A program made the translations under genes and the position numbers. Below are positions 1 to 9,000 of a stretch of DNA of 34,964 bases, in pieces. Origin of the DNA: an uncultured Desulfobacteraceae bacterium. Its GTDB lineage: Bacteria; Desulfobacterota; Desulfobacteria; Desulfobacterales; JAABSP01. The notes beneath the pieces were generated by a model. It was given only the letters and a program-made list of their open reading frames with translations, searched no databases and had not been told where the DNA came from. Location of the stretch: assembly GCA_964396575.1 (NCBI GenBank), contig CAYNGG010000004.1, forward strand, positions 1-34,964, given 5' to 3'. Numbering within the stretch: the first letter of the stretch is position 1; each line of letters opens with the position of its first letter.

Positions 1-2667
1 GGCGAGGGCTTCTTTCAGGACGGCTTCAGCGGTGATCATCTTTTCGGCCGGCGGTGTTTTGTCCTTGGTTCCCGTTCCCGTTCCCGTTCCTGATCCGGTT
101 CCAGGTCCACCGCCTCCTGGTTCTTCTCCACCGCCTTCACTTTCCCCGCCCTCCGTTCCGGTTTTTCCTTTCTCATCCGGCTTGGGCTTCGGCGGGGGCG
201 GCCAGATCTGGTTCTCTCTGGCGTAAGCGGTGGTCATCACCACCGACCGTTCGTCGATTTGGATTTCCGTCCACGGCTCGCCCCGTCCGCAGAACAGGTC
301 CCCCTCTCGGTAAACGAGCTCCCCCGCCTCGATCCCCTTCCGGATGCCCTTGATGAACACATCGTTGCCCACCAGCATGGGCAGGGCCGGGTTCCGATGG
401 TATTCCGCCCGGAGAGCCGCCGTGGTGATGATGCCCTTTTTGAGCGGCGTTTTCTCCCGGATGAACAGGGGGGAGTCGGGCTCGTCATCCGGCTTCCGGA
501 GCTTGTTGATGCCCTGGAGCACCCGGACCACCTGCTTCTGGCCGTCGCCGGGGTTGGCCGAGGCGTTCTGGACGTCCACCACCGTGTGGCCAAGGTCCAC
601 GTCGGCCCCCTCAACCCGGTCCCGGGATGGATAGAAGACATGGCGGTAGGCTTGCTGGACGGCGATCGCCAGTTGTTGCTCGGATGTTCGGTACCACTCA
701 TCGAGCCGGTCCTGCTGGTGCCGGGCCAGGTCCTTGCGGCGTTCCGGGTCCCGCAGGGCCGACAGGGCCAGACGGCGGACCATCTTTTTTTTCATCTCCT
801 CTTTTTTCAGGGCATCCACCGTCACGAAGACGAGGTTGTTCCGGTTTTTCCGGACATCCCCGCCGGCCCCTTTTCGTTTGAAGAGCTTGCGGATGAGGTC
901 CGGCAGTGCCGTCCCTTCGCCCGAGACCTCCATGGCGTCGTAGCTGATCACCGCCAGATGGGGTTTCCCGTCCCCCGTGTCGTCCGGGATGTCGTTGGGG
1001 ATGTTGGGAAACGAGATCATCTGGAAATCCTTGCCGGCGAAGATGGATTTAATCCGGTCGTTGAGCCCCGTCCGGACGTCCCCGCCGTCCACCTGTTTTT
1101 CCTGGCGGCTCACCATCTGAGTCAGATTGGCTTCGGTGGAAAACCGCAGGGGGGCGCTGGCCCGGTCGTCCAGGTAAGAGGACGCCTGGACGAACCGGCG
1201 GACCGCGTCGTCGATGAAGCTGATGTCGGTACCCGGAGAAAGGAGGGCGTAGCGGAGCTCCTTTTGGGTCAGCCCCTTGAGGTCGTTGTTGAAGGCGAGG
1301 GTGTGGAAGAAGACGGCCCGGGCCACATAGGACCCGTAGGGCGGCAGGCCGATGTAGTGGGCGGCATCGAGCTCCTGGGCCAGCGAGGGCTGGTCCCCTT
1401 CCACGGCCGCGATGTCGGCCTTTAAGGCCGGAACAAAAGCCCGCTGGCCCAGCTTGGTCACGATCTCCTGCCGGATCGCCTGGGCCGCCGGGTCGATATG
1501 GTGGAGATGGATCGCATAGGCGTCCGACGGCTGATCAGCCCACAACCGCTCAACCGTCCGGGCCAGAAGCCGGAGCATCCCCCGGACCCGCTGGAAATGG
1601 ATCAGGGTGGCGGTCTTCTCCTTGAGGGTCTGGATCAGCTCGGGATGGAGCGGATAACCGTCTCGGAACGCATCTTCCCGCATATCATGAGCCCCGACGG
1701 CGGGCAGATGCTCCCGCTGGTCCTCCCACAGCTTCCGATAGGCCGCGATGATCTCTTCGGACCGGCCGTCGTCGATACTGGTGAAGAGCCGCCGCCGGAG
1801 AATCCGGACCGTCTCGTCCTCCTCGGTGGGGTCCAGGAGCGTGGCCTTCCGAGCCGATATACTTTCGGCCTCCTCCATGCAGTCGGCGATGAACTGGTTC
1901 TCGTCGCCGTAAGCGTCGGTGGCCAGCTTGTCCTTGCCGATGGCCAGGGTGTAAACCAGGGCCGCGTCGGGCGTGGCTTCCACCGCCTTGAAGAGCCCGG
2001 TCAGAAAGGCGGTCAACTGGCCGCCGGCCTGAGCCCGGTCCCGGGCCTTGAGCTTCCGGAGGTAGATGGAAAGCTCGTCGATGAGAATGAGAGCCGGGGC
2101 GCCGCCAAAAAGCTCCCGGATGGTCTCCGCTCCGGGGGCCACGCCGTCCTCGTCGCTTTTCCGAACCCGGGCGTAGCCCTCCCCGCCGGCCAGGGCATGA
2201 GCGATCTCGCCCCAGGGCGTGTAGGCCCGGAGCCCGTTGCCCAGGGACCGCCCATTGGCCGGGTCGGCGTTTTCCCCGTCAAAGGCCGCGATCCGGACCC
2301 CGGCCGCCGGCAGGAGAGCCGGATCGATGAATTCATCGACGTTTTGGACCCCCGGCATCCCCCGGGCCGCATGGGTCAGGGCGATGAGGGCGTGGGTTTT
2401 GCCGCCGCCGTAATTGGTGTCGAGCCGGAAGATCGACGCCGCTCCCCCGCCGTCGCCCCGGAGCCGCCCGCAGATATTTAACAGCAGGTTCCGGAGCCCT
2501 CGGGTCGGATGGGTATTGGCGAAAAACCGGACCGGGTCCCGGTACTCCTCCGGGGCATCCCCCCGGAGCACCTGGGCCAGATCGGCCGCGAAATCCGCTT
2601 CCGTAAGCAATCCCTTGCGGACATCTTCTCTCGGTGTGCAGACATCAAACAGGGTGGGTAACGCCAT
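1..2667 (-). CDS. DUF499-family (COG1483-like) anti-phage-associated P-loop ATPase, N-terminal 889 codons; C-terminus lies beyond the left edge
   Basis: Absent from the ORF track because no stop lies in the window. Hand translation from the ATG at 2667-2665 (AAAGGAG about 10 nt upstream) gives MALPTLFDVCTPREDVRKGLLTEADFAADLAQVLRGD...SIFRLDTNYGGGKTHALIALTH, with P-loop GGGKTH. I checked the frame as open at 1-480 and about 1490-2667. Plus-strand shadow ORFs 259-1425 and 1498-2481 share its codon boundaries, as expected for a high-GC minus-strand gene. Confidence 0.75.
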   Translation of the reverse strand, partial: MALPTLFDVCTPREDVRKGLLTEADFAADLAQVLRGDAPEEYRDPVRFFANTHPTRGLRNLLLNICGRLRGDGGGAASIFRLDTNYGGGKTHALIALTHAARGMPGVQNVDEFIDPALLPAAGVRIAAFDGENADPANGRSLGNGLRAYTPWGEIAHALAGGEGYARVRKSDEDGVAPGAETIRELFGGAPALILIDELSIYLRKLKARDRAQAGGQLTAFLTGLFKAVEATPDAALVYTLAIGKDKLATDAYGDENQFIADCMEEAESISARKATLLDPTEEDETVRILRRRLFTSIDDGRSEEIIAAYRKLWEDQREHLPAVGAHDMREDAFRDGYPLHPELIQTLKEKTATLIHFQRVRGMLRLLARTVERLWADQPSDAYAIHLHHIDPAAQAIRQEIVTKLGQRAFVPALKADIAAVEGDQPSLAQELDAAHYIGLPPYGSYVARAVFFHTLAFNNDLKGLTQKELRYALLSPGTDISFIDDAVRRFVQASSYLDDRASAPLRFSTEANLTQMVSRQEKQVDGGDVRTGLNDRIKSIFAGKDFQMISFPNIPNDIPDDTGDGKPHLAVISYDAMEVSGEGTALPDLIRKLFKRKGAGGDVRKNRNNLVFVTVDALKKEEMKKKMVRRLALSALRDPERRKDLARHQQDRLDEWYRTSEQQLAIAVQQAYRHVFYPSRDRVEGADVDLGHTVVDVQNASANPGDGQKQVVRVLQGINKLRKPDDEPDSPLFIREKTPLKKGIITTAALRAEYHRNPALPMLVGNDVFIKGIRKGIEAGELVYREGDLFCGRGEPWTEIQIDERSVVMTTAYARENQIWPPPPKPKPDEKGKTGTEGGESEGGGEEPGGGGPGTGSGTGTGTGTKDKTPPAEKMITAEAVLKEALA

Positions 2668-2786
2668 ATCTAAAGCACTCCTTTCGTTCCGTCAGCGGGA
2701 AACGGCCCGGTTTTTCAAATGCGCTTTCGTCGGCGCAACGGGGATGTCGGCTGTATCGACGGAGAATCCAGCTACCATGAGCCTGA

Positions 2787-2815
2787 TTTTTATCAGAAAG
2801 GATATGATTTGTAAA
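2787..2815 (-). promoter_or_regulatory. Candidate sigma70-type promoter for the DUF499 gene
   Basis: Minus strand reads TTTACA-N17-TAAAAA in the only AT-rich stretch upstream of the ATG at 2667. The -10 overlaps a small palindrome, CTGAT-tttt-ATCAG. Pattern match only. Confidence 0.3.
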
Positions 2816-2870
2816 GATTGTGATCCAAAGCGGACCCGACGGCCTCAGTGAAAGACTCGAAGGCCTCAGA

Positions 2871-3028
2871 TCCCATCCCCCCTTGCCCGCCCCGCCGAAT
2901 TGATTTATAGTCCCATCCCTTGTGTTGGGGAATAGGGAGCCAACCGATGACGATGGATGGGATCAGGTGAGACCTCCGAGGTTTCCAGAGTGTTGGAAAC
3001 CTCGGAGGTCTAAGAACGATGGATGGGA
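2871..3028. promoter_or_regulatory. Cluster of four copies of the 8-mer TCCCATCC (two forward, two inverted) in the radical SAM leader; possible operator set
   Basis: TCCCATCC occurs at 2871-2878 and 2911-2918. Its complement GGATGGGA occurs at 2955-2962 and 3021-3028. I noticed only one other copy in the window (9685-9692). Confidence 0.4.
2970..3011. repeat. Perfect 18-bp inverted repeat (hairpin, 6-nt loop) flanked by 13-bp direct repeats
   Basis: AGACCTCCGAGGTTTCCA (2970-2987), loop gagtgt, TGGAAACCTCGGAGGTCT (2994-3011). ACGATGGATGGGA is repeated at 2950-2962 and 3016-3028. The second copy ends 1 nt before the ATG at 3030. No T-tract follows on either strand. Confidence 0.9.
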
Positions 3029-3029
3029 C

Positions 3030-4340
3030 ATGAAAATACTTTTAATCAACCCCCCGAACAGCGGGCGGAGCATCCCCGAGGAGGAATACGGGATCGAGAC
3101 CGTCAAGCTGATCTTCCGGGGCGAGCCCCTGGCCCTCGAGGTTCTCGCCGGGAACCTGAACGGGCAGGATGTCCGGATCGCCGACCTCAAGGTCCGGCCC
3201 GACTCGTTAGAGGCCGAGCTGGCCGATCTCGCCCCGGACCTCGTGGGGATCACCGGGATGACCTGCGAGGCCAACGCGGTGTTGAAGATCGCCGAAACGG
3301 TCCGGGACCAGACCGGCGCGACGGTGGCCGTGGGCGGACATCACGCCTCGGCCGACCCGCCCTTTTTCAATCATCCGGCGGTGGATTACGTGGTGGTGGG
3401 TTTGGGAAAGGCATCGTTTGCGGAGCTGGTGGCGGCATTGGAGACCGGCGGCGACCCCGGAGAGATCCCGGGCGTGGCCCGGACCCGGCCGGGCGGGGAG
3501 ATCCAATGGACCCCTCGCCGGTTCAGCCCCGCCGATCTGGTCGATAACCGGGCTCCCCGCTACGACCTGGTGGCGTGTCACCGGGACCAGTATGTCATGA
3601 GCGGGGTCGGGGGGAAGACCGGGTACGTGGTTTCGGCCCACGGCTGCACTCACCACTGCACCTTCTGCTGCGTGCCGTCGGTCACCGGCGGCCGGTATCT
3701 GGCCCATTCCCCCGAAGCCGTGGTCCGGGACATCGGCCTGCTGGGGGAGGTTCCGGCCATCCGCCTGGCCGACGCCAACACCTTCGGCGACCCGGTTCAG
3801 GCCGAGGCCCTGGCTCATCGGCTCTTGGATGCCGGGCTCGATAAGCGGATCGTGGCCGACGTCCGTGCGGACACGGTGGTCCGTCACCCGGAGCTGTTCG
3901 AGCTCTGGCGTCAAGCCGGGCTGGCCGCGGCGGTGATCGGGTTCGAGGAGATCTCCGACGAGGGCCTCCGGGTTCTGGGCAAGGGCTGCGACACGGCCGC
4001 CAACCATCGGGCGGTGGAGATTCTCAAGGGGCTCGGCATCCGGATTATCGGCGATTTCATCGTCTCCCCGGATTACACCGAGGCCGACTTCGACCGCCTC
4101 GAGCGGTACATCGGGGACATGGCCATCGATCTGCCCATCCCGGCGGTTCTGACCCCGCTTCCCGGCACCCCCCTGTTTCGCCGGCTTCGGGACCGGATCA
4201 CGGTCACCGACCTCGACTATTACACCTTTACCAACGCCGTCGTGCCCACCCGGCTGCCCGAGCGGACCTTTTACGAGGTCTATTCGGGGCTGCTCGGCCG
4301 GTGCCTGGCCCGCGGCCATCAGCCGTCAAACTCAAGCTAA
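3030..4340 (+). CDS. B12-binding-domain (class B) radical SAM enzyme
   Basis: ORF track 2922-4340. I prefer the ATG at 3030 (MKILLINPP..., a typical N-terminus for a cobalamin-binding domain). The CX3CX2C motif is present in GCTHHCTFCC. The stop overlaps the next start (TAATG). Confidence 0.85.
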   Translation: MKILLINPPNSGRSIPEEEYGIETVKLIFRGEPLALEVLAGNLNGQDVRIADLKVRPDSLEAELADLAPDLVGITGMTCEANAVLKIAETVRDQTGATVAVGGHHASADPPFFNHPAVDYVVVGLGKASFAELVAALETGGDPGEIPGVARTRPGGEIQWTPRRFSPADLVDNRAPRYDLVACHRDQYVMSGVGGKTGYVVSAHGCTHHCTFCCVPSVTGGRYLAHSPEAVVRDIGLLGEVPAIRLADANTFGDPVQAEALAHRLLDAGLDKRIVADVRADTVVRHPELFELWRQAGLAAAVIGFEEISDEGLRVLGKGCDTAANHRAVEILKGLGIRIIGDFIVSPDYTEADFDRLERYIGDMAIDLPIPAVLTPLPGTPLFRRLRDRITVTDLDYYTFTNAVVPTRLPERTFYEVYSGLLGRCLARGHQPSNSS

Positions 4341-5482
4341 TGGATGCCTATATCACCGACCTGGCCGCGTTTCTGCCCAACGAACCGGTGGGCAACGACG
4401 AGATCGAATCGGTCCTGGGACGGATCAACCACGTCTCATCCAAGACCCGACGGATCGTCCTGAAAAACAACGGAATCAGGAGCCGGTACTATGCCATCGA
4501 CCCGGCTACCGGCCGACTGACCCACACCAACGCTCAGCTCACCGCCGAGGCCATCCGCCGGCTCTGTCCTCACCCGGACTTTTCGGTGGAACGGATCGAA
4601 TGTCTCTGCTGCGGGACCACCAGCCCCGACATCCTCTTTCCCGGCCACGGCCTGATGGTCTTGGGCGAGCTTGGCGTTCCCGAATGCGAGGCGGTCTCGA
4701 TGTCGGGGATCTGCATCTCCGGGATGAACGCCCTGAAATATGCCTGCTTAAGCGTAGCGGCCGGGGATTCGGCCAACGCGGTGGCCACGGGGTCGGAGCT
4801 GTCCGGCTCCTTTATGCGGGCTCCGTTTTTCGTCCCCTTTCTCGCCGATGATCCGGCTCTGGAAAACCGCCCCATCAAGGCCTTTGACGCCGATTTTCTC
4901 AGATGGATGCTCTCCGACGGCGCCGGGGCGGCTTACGTGGTCCGGGACCGCCCCCCGGACCGAGCCGCGCTTAAGGTAGAATGGATCGAGACCGTCTCCT
5001 ACGCGGGTCGGATCGAGACCTGCATGTACGGCGGGGGGGTGAAAAACGAGGACGGGTCGGTTACCGGCTGGCGGGCGATCGACGAGATCGACCCCGCACA
5101 GGCCCCTTACCGGTTCTGCGTCCGGCAGGACATCCGGCTCCTGGATCGGGAGATCGTCCGGACCATGGGCTGGGCCCTCCGCCGGGCCGCGGACAAGCAC
5201 GGGCTGGAGCCGGAATCGGTGGACTGGTTTCTCCCCCACTACTCATCAGCCTACTTCCGGCCGAAGTTCATGGATGAGATGGCCCGGATCGGGTTTACGG
5301 TCCCCGAGGACCGGTGGTTCACCAATTTGCCCGAGAAGGGGAACACCGGGTCGGCGGCGATCTTCATCATCCTCGAGGAGCTCTTTCATTCGGGACGGCT
5401 GACTCCCGGCCAGCGGATTCTCTGCTTCATCCCGGAAAGCGGCCGGTTCTCCCACTGCTTCATGCTCTTGACCGCGTGCTGA
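4340..5482 (+). CDS. KAS III (FabH)-like condensing enzyme
   Basis: ORF track 4301-5482. The ATG at 4340 (MDAYITDLAAFLP...) overlaps the rSAM stop. A Cys/His/Asn triad is recognisable: SGICISGMNA, LPHYSS, GNTGSAA. Confidence 0.8.
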   Translation: MDAYITDLAAFLPNEPVGNDEIESVLGRINHVSSKTRRIVLKNNGIRSRYYAIDPATGRLTHTNAQLTAEAIRRLCPHPDFSVERIECLCCGTTSPDILFPGHGLMVLGELGVPECEAVSMSGICISGMNALKYACLSVAAGDSANAVATGSELSGSFMRAPFFVPFLADDPALENRPIKAFDADFLRWMLSDGAGAAYVVRDRPPDRAALKVEWIETVSYAGRIETCMYGGGVKNEDGSVTGWRAIDEIDPAQAPYRFCVRQDIRLLDREIVRTMGWALRRAADKHGLEPESVDWFLPHYSSAYFRPKFMDEMARIGFTVPEDRWFTNLPEKGNTGSAAIFIILEELFHSGRLTPGQRILCFIPESGRFSHCFMLLTAC

Positions 5483-5495
5483 TCGCTGACCGTAA

Positions 5496-6518
5496 TCAGG
5501 CGCAAACCGTGATCCGCCCCCACTGCCCGTCAGCCCCCGTCCGGAAACAAAAAAGCCTTGCCGAAGGGGTATCCAGGGGCGTCGTCCGACCTGGCTCATC
5601 GGGTGAAAACAGGCACTCCGCCCCGATGGAGAGCGCCGCGATGGCCAGGTCAAAGGCCGATCCCACCGGAATCCGCCCGTAGAGCCGCTCGTAGGATACC
5701 CGTCGAGCATCCGGGGGAAGCGCGCCGGCCGGGTCCGGCGCCCCCTCCGCCACTAAGTAAATCCCGCCATCCCGATCCGAAAATCCGGAAACGGTCTCGG
5801 CCCGGCCGGTCTCGATGGACTCGATCCGGGCATGGGGGCGTTCCCCGCCGGCACCCGGCGTGAGGACGAAAAAGGCCCCGCCCTCGCCCACCACCGGTGT
5901 CTCGTCCGCCGTCCCGCTTCGATGGCGATGGTAGGCCGCCACATAGGAAAAGGCGTCCACCCCGCCGACCAGCACGGCATCGCAGCGGCCTTCCCGGAGC
6001 CAGAGGTCGGCGGCCGACAGGGCGGTGACCACCGACATGTCGAGCTGGTTGATGGTCAGGCTGGGGCCCGGGGCGCCGAAAAAGGCGGCCAGGTGAGCGG
6101 CGGCCGCGTTGTGAACCGAGTTGGAAAACCGGATGGGTGAGATCGGCTCGGGGGCGACGGTGAGCCCCTCGAAGTCGAAGGTGTTGCAGGTGGCCCCGTA
6201 TCCGGTGCCCACCAGAATTCCCAGGCGGCCGATCAGGGGGTCCATCAGGCCTCGGTCCCGGGCGTCGGCCAGGGCGAGGTGGCCGGCCAGCAGGGCCATC
6301 CGGGAAAAGGGATCGGTCCGGCGGAGAAAGCGTCGGTCAGCCACCGCCTTTAACGGCGCTGTGTCGGCTCGAAAGCCGGGCACCGTTACTTGCCCGGTCA
6401 GCGTGTCGATAACCACCGGCTCAGGGGGCGGCGGGCCGGTCCGGAGGGCGTTCATCAGGTCGGCTTGACCGGTCCCGAACCCGCCGATGCACCCGATGCC
6501 GACGACGGCCAGGGTCAT
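5496..6518 (-). CDS. KS-like protein lacking the active-site Cys (chain-length-factor-like partner)
   Basis: 340 aa, MTLAVVGIGCIGGFG... with a thiolase-fold N-terminus. The position equivalent to the KS catalytic Cys reads LTINQLDMSVVTAL. Its start overlaps the upstream KS stop (ATGA at 6515-6518). Confidence 0.7.
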   Translation of the reverse strand: MTLAVVGIGCIGGFGTGQADLMNALRTGPPPPEPVVIDTLTGQVTVPGFRADTAPLKAVADRRFLRRTDPFSRMALLAGHLALADARDRGLMDPLIGRLGILVGTGYGATCNTFDFEGLTVAPEPISPIRFSNSVHNAAAAHLAAFFGAPGPSLTINQLDMSVVTALSAADLWLREGRCDAVLVGGVDAFSYVAAYHRHRSGTADETPVVGEGGAFFVLTPGAGGERPHARIESIETGRAETVSGFSDRDGGIYLVAEGAPDPAGALPPDARRVSYERLYGRIPVGSAFDLAIAALSIGAECLFSPDEPGRTTPLDTPSARLFCFRTGADGQWGRITVCA

Positions 6519-7714
6519 GCCTTCGCCTCCCCGCCGCCAAGGACCAAGACGGAGTTGGATCCGCCAAAGGCCAGGGTCTGGGAGAGGGCGACATTCCCGG
6601 AGATCGGAGTGACCCGGTCAACCACGCCGCACGGCGTGGCCGGCAGGTCAGGGTCCTGTTGCGAGAACCCGGCCGAGGCCGGCACCCGCCCGGCCGCCAG
6701 GCAGGCCAGAGTGAAGGCCGCTTCCACGGCCCCGGCCGCTCCGAGGGTGTGGCCGGTGTAACCCTTGGTGGAAAGAAAAGGGACCCCCGGAAACCGCTCG
6801 GCGAATAATTCGGCCTCGATGGCGTCGTTATCCCGGGTTCCGGTGCCGTGGGCGTTGATAAAGGCGAGGTCCGCCGGGTTGATCCCGGCCGCCTGGATGG
6901 CCTCGTCAACGGCCAGGCGGAGCCCCCGGCCGTCCGGGGACGGGGCGGTGAGGTGATAGGCGTCCGATGCGTTGCCATAGCCCAAAACCCGGCCCCGGAG
7001 ATTCCAAGTCCCCGAACCGTCGGCCGCCAGAACCATCATGGCCGCCCCTTCGCCCAGGTTGAGCCCGTTCCGGCGGGCGTCAAAAGGCCGGCACGGTTCC
7101 TCGTCGGTGTTCATCAGGGAGATGAACCCGTTATAGGTGATCTCGTAGAGCTCGTCGGCTCCCCCGGCAATGGCCAGGTCGCACAGACCGTTGCGAATCC
7201 AGGCGGCGGCCAGCCCGATGGCGTCGGACCCGGCCGAGCAGGCGGTGACCGTCGTGGCTAAGGGTCCGCTCAGGTCGTATTCCCGGGCGATGGCCATCGC
7301 CGGGCTGGTCTCTGAGAATCGCCGCGCCGGCTCGATGTAGCCGTGCCTCAGCAAGGCCTGGCCATCCGTTTCAGAGGCGGCCCCGCCCACATTGGTTCCC
7401 ACGCAGACCCCGACCCGCCGCCCGGTGAGAACCGCCCGGGTCAGCCCGGCATCTTCGATGGCCTCCCGAGCCGCGGCCAGGGCCATCCGCGGGGTCCGTG
7501 AGGGGGGCGGCGGGCCGCGGAAGTCGGCCGGGTCGAAAAACGGGTCGGGCAGCTCGAAGACCGGGTGCGAGCCACGAACCGGCGTGGCAAACCGGGTCGG
7601 AAGTCCATGGCGGCGGATACCGGCAAAGAGGCTTGCCATGCAGGCGGGCAGGGTCGGCCCGGCCGCGCAAAGGCAGCCGATGCCGGTGATGGCGACGGGG
7701 AGAAGGGGCCTCAT
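6515..7714 (-). CDS. Beta-ketoacyl-ACP synthase, FabF/KS II-like, catalytically intact
   Basis: 399 aa with the Cys-His-His triad motifs VTACSAGSDAIG, SDAYHLTAP and INAHGTGT. There is an ATGA overlap with the ACP gene stop. Confidence 0.85.
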   Translation of the reverse strand: MRPLLPVAITGIGCLCAAGPTLPACMASLFAGIRRHGLPTRFATPVRGSHPVFELPDPFFDPADFRGPPPPSRTPRMALAAAREAIEDAGLTRAVLTGRRVGVCVGTNVGGAASETDGQALLRHGYIEPARRFSETSPAMAIAREYDLSGPLATTVTACSAGSDAIGLAAAWIRNGLCDLAIAGGADELYEITYNGFISLMNTDEEPCRPFDARRNGLNLGEGAAMMVLAADGSGTWNLRGRVLGYGNASDAYHLTAPSPDGRGLRLAVDEAIQAAGINPADLAFINAHGTGTRDNDAIEAELFAERFPGVPFLSTKGYTGHTLGAAGAVEAAFTLACLAAGRVPASAGFSQQDPDLPATPCGVVDRVTPISGNVALSQTLAFGGSNSVLVLGGGEAKA

Positions 7715-7965
7715 CCGGCCTGTCGGGCCTCGATGAATTCGGCCAGGGTTCGGATCGACTGGAGTGCCGGCCGGCCTTCCTTCATGTTGCGGATTTCCAC
7801 CCCGAAGTGGTGCTTGACCTGGAAGACCAGCTCCACCGCGTCGATGGAATCCAGGCCGAAGGCGTCGCCGAAGAGCGGGTCGTCGTCCCCGATGTCCTCG
7901 GGGCTCACATCGTCTAAGTCAAGCTCCCGGACGATGATTTCCTTGAGTCGAACCTTGATGTCCAT
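7711..7965 (-). CDS. Acyl carrier protein
   Basis: 84 aa and acidic, with the phosphopantetheine attachment motif FGLDSIDAVEL. Confidence 0.85.
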   Translation of the reverse strand: MDIKVRLKEIIVRELDLDDVSPEDIGDDDPLFGDAFGLDSIDAVELVFQVKHHFGVEIRNMKEGRPALQSIRTLAEFIEARQAG

Positions 7966-7969
7966 GGGG

Positions 7970-8995
7970 TCAGCCTTTCACCGGTGCCAGGCCGTTTCGG
8001 AGGGCGATGTCGAGGTCCCGGTAAATGGCGGTTTCCAGGTCCGCGCAGTCCCCGAGGATCTCGCCCAGGGCCGCATAGGTCTCGGACTCCGATGCCCGGC
8101 CCTTGCAGATCCGGGACCCGGCCACCGCGAAGTCCCGCCACCGGTCCCCGGCCCCGGTCATCCGAACCGACAGGGCATGGAGGGCATCAGAAGATAGAAG
8201 GTCCCCGGCTTCCTGGAGAAAGGCCGCAAAGAGAAACCGGAACCCGCCGCCGCCGGTGCCGATCTCCTCCTGCATCCGAATCAACTGGCCCAGGTAGAGG
8301 GTCGCCCGGTCTTCCCCCAGCCGGGCCGGCCACCGGGGGACGACTTTGGCCAGGTGACGGATGCCCCGGACCCCTAGAAAGGGTCCCGGTGCCCGGAGCA
8401 TGGTCCGGGCGGCCTCCCGCAACCCGGCCACAGCGGCTCCGGCCAGGTCGGGGGCCTCGGGGACGGCGGCCACCGTGTACATGTACCCCTTGGGCGGCAT
8501 GGGGCCCCTGGCGAACCTCGCCCGTTCGAGGGACTCGGGCGGGCAGCGCACCGGGTCCGGAAAGACCGGATCACTGATCAGATAGTCGCCGTCAACCTTG
8601 TCGAAGACCACGATGTTGTGCATGTTGAAGTGAAACCGGTACCGCCGGGGGAAATAGGAAAGCCAGTAGGCCCCGGTCCGGCATCCCACCGGAAATCCCT
8701 CGGCCAGCTTCCGGTCAAGCGCCGCCATGGCCCGGCCGGGGCGGCGGAACTTTTCCCGTTTCAGCTTGACCCCCAGGCGTTTGGTGACCCGGCCCATGAT
8801 CCCGCCGGTCCGGATGCGAAAGGCCGTCAGGGGAAGGTGGTTCAACCGGACAAAGGGGAGATAGCCGAAGAAGATCCCGGAGCCGATCCCGAAGGCCATG
8901 GCCTCGGTCAAGGGGATGCCGTAATGGGCCAGAAGGTTGGCGGTGACCCCGGTCTCGCAATGGGCCGACTGATGGTGGGCAAACGGAACGGACAT
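7970..8995 (-). CDS. BtrH_N / DUF4872-family protein (papain-like putative ACP-dependent acyltransferase or peptidase)
   Basis: ORF track 7970-9034. I prefer the ATG at 8995 (MSVPFAHHQSAHCETGVTANLL...), which resembles the conserved BtrH N-terminal HCxxG start. A later FNMHNIVVF histidine is present. The family call is from memory of the domain. Confidence 0.7.
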   Translation of the reverse strand: MSVPFAHHQSAHCETGVTANLLAHYGIPLTEAMAFGIGSGIFFGYLPFVRLNHLPLTAFRIRTGGIMGRVTKRLGVKLKREKFRRPGRAMAALDRKLAEGFPVGCRTGAYWLSYFPRRYRFHFNMHNIVVFDKVDGDYLISDPVFPDPVRCPPESLERARFARGPMPPKGYMYTVAAVPEAPDLAGAAVAGLREAARTMLRAPGPFLGVRGIRHLAKVVPRWPARLGEDRATLYLGQLIRMQEEIGTGGGGFRFLFAAFLQEAGDLLSSDALHALSVRMTGAGDRWRDFAVAGSRICKGRASESETYAALGEILGDCADLETAIYRDLDIALRNGLAPVKG

Positions 8996-9000
8996 GGCGG

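Noticed and set aside
61-130. Hexanucleotide tandem (cccgtt)n and the surrounding low-complexity tract, considered as a slipped-strand phase-variation site
   Set aside because: The unit length is a multiple of 3 and lies inside the DUF499 ORF. There it encodes a Gly/Thr/Ser/Pro linker (GTGSGTGTGTGT). Slippage would change linker length, not the reading frame.
259-2481. Long plus-strand ORFs 259-1425 (388 aa) and 1498-2481 (327 aa)
   Set aside because: Their composition is Gly/Arg/Pro/Val-rich with no recognisable motifs. They share codon boundaries with the minus-strand DUF499 gene, which translates into a clearly protein-like sequence. They are classic antisense shadow ORFs of a high-GC gene.
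2744-2851. 35-codon ORF (MSAVSTENPATMSLIFIRKDMICKDCDPKRTRRPQ) upstream of the radical SAM gene, considered as a RiPP precursor
   Set aside because: It lies in the AT-rich divergent promoter region. It has no RBS that I can see, overlaps the candidate DUF499 promoter, and the neighbouring enzymes are acyl-chain rather than peptide-modifying. No supporting evidence.
2922-3029. Upstream GTG start for the radical SAM ORF given in the ORF track
   Set aside because: The extension would translate through the 18-bp perfect hairpin and the direct repeats. MKILLINPP at 3030 is the typical N-terminus of the B12-binding domain.
3207-4319. 370-aa minus-strand ORF opposite the radical SAM gene
   Set aside because: Shadow ORF. 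No motifs, Arg/Gly/Pro-rich, and fully nested in a gene with clear CX3CX2C and domain signatures.
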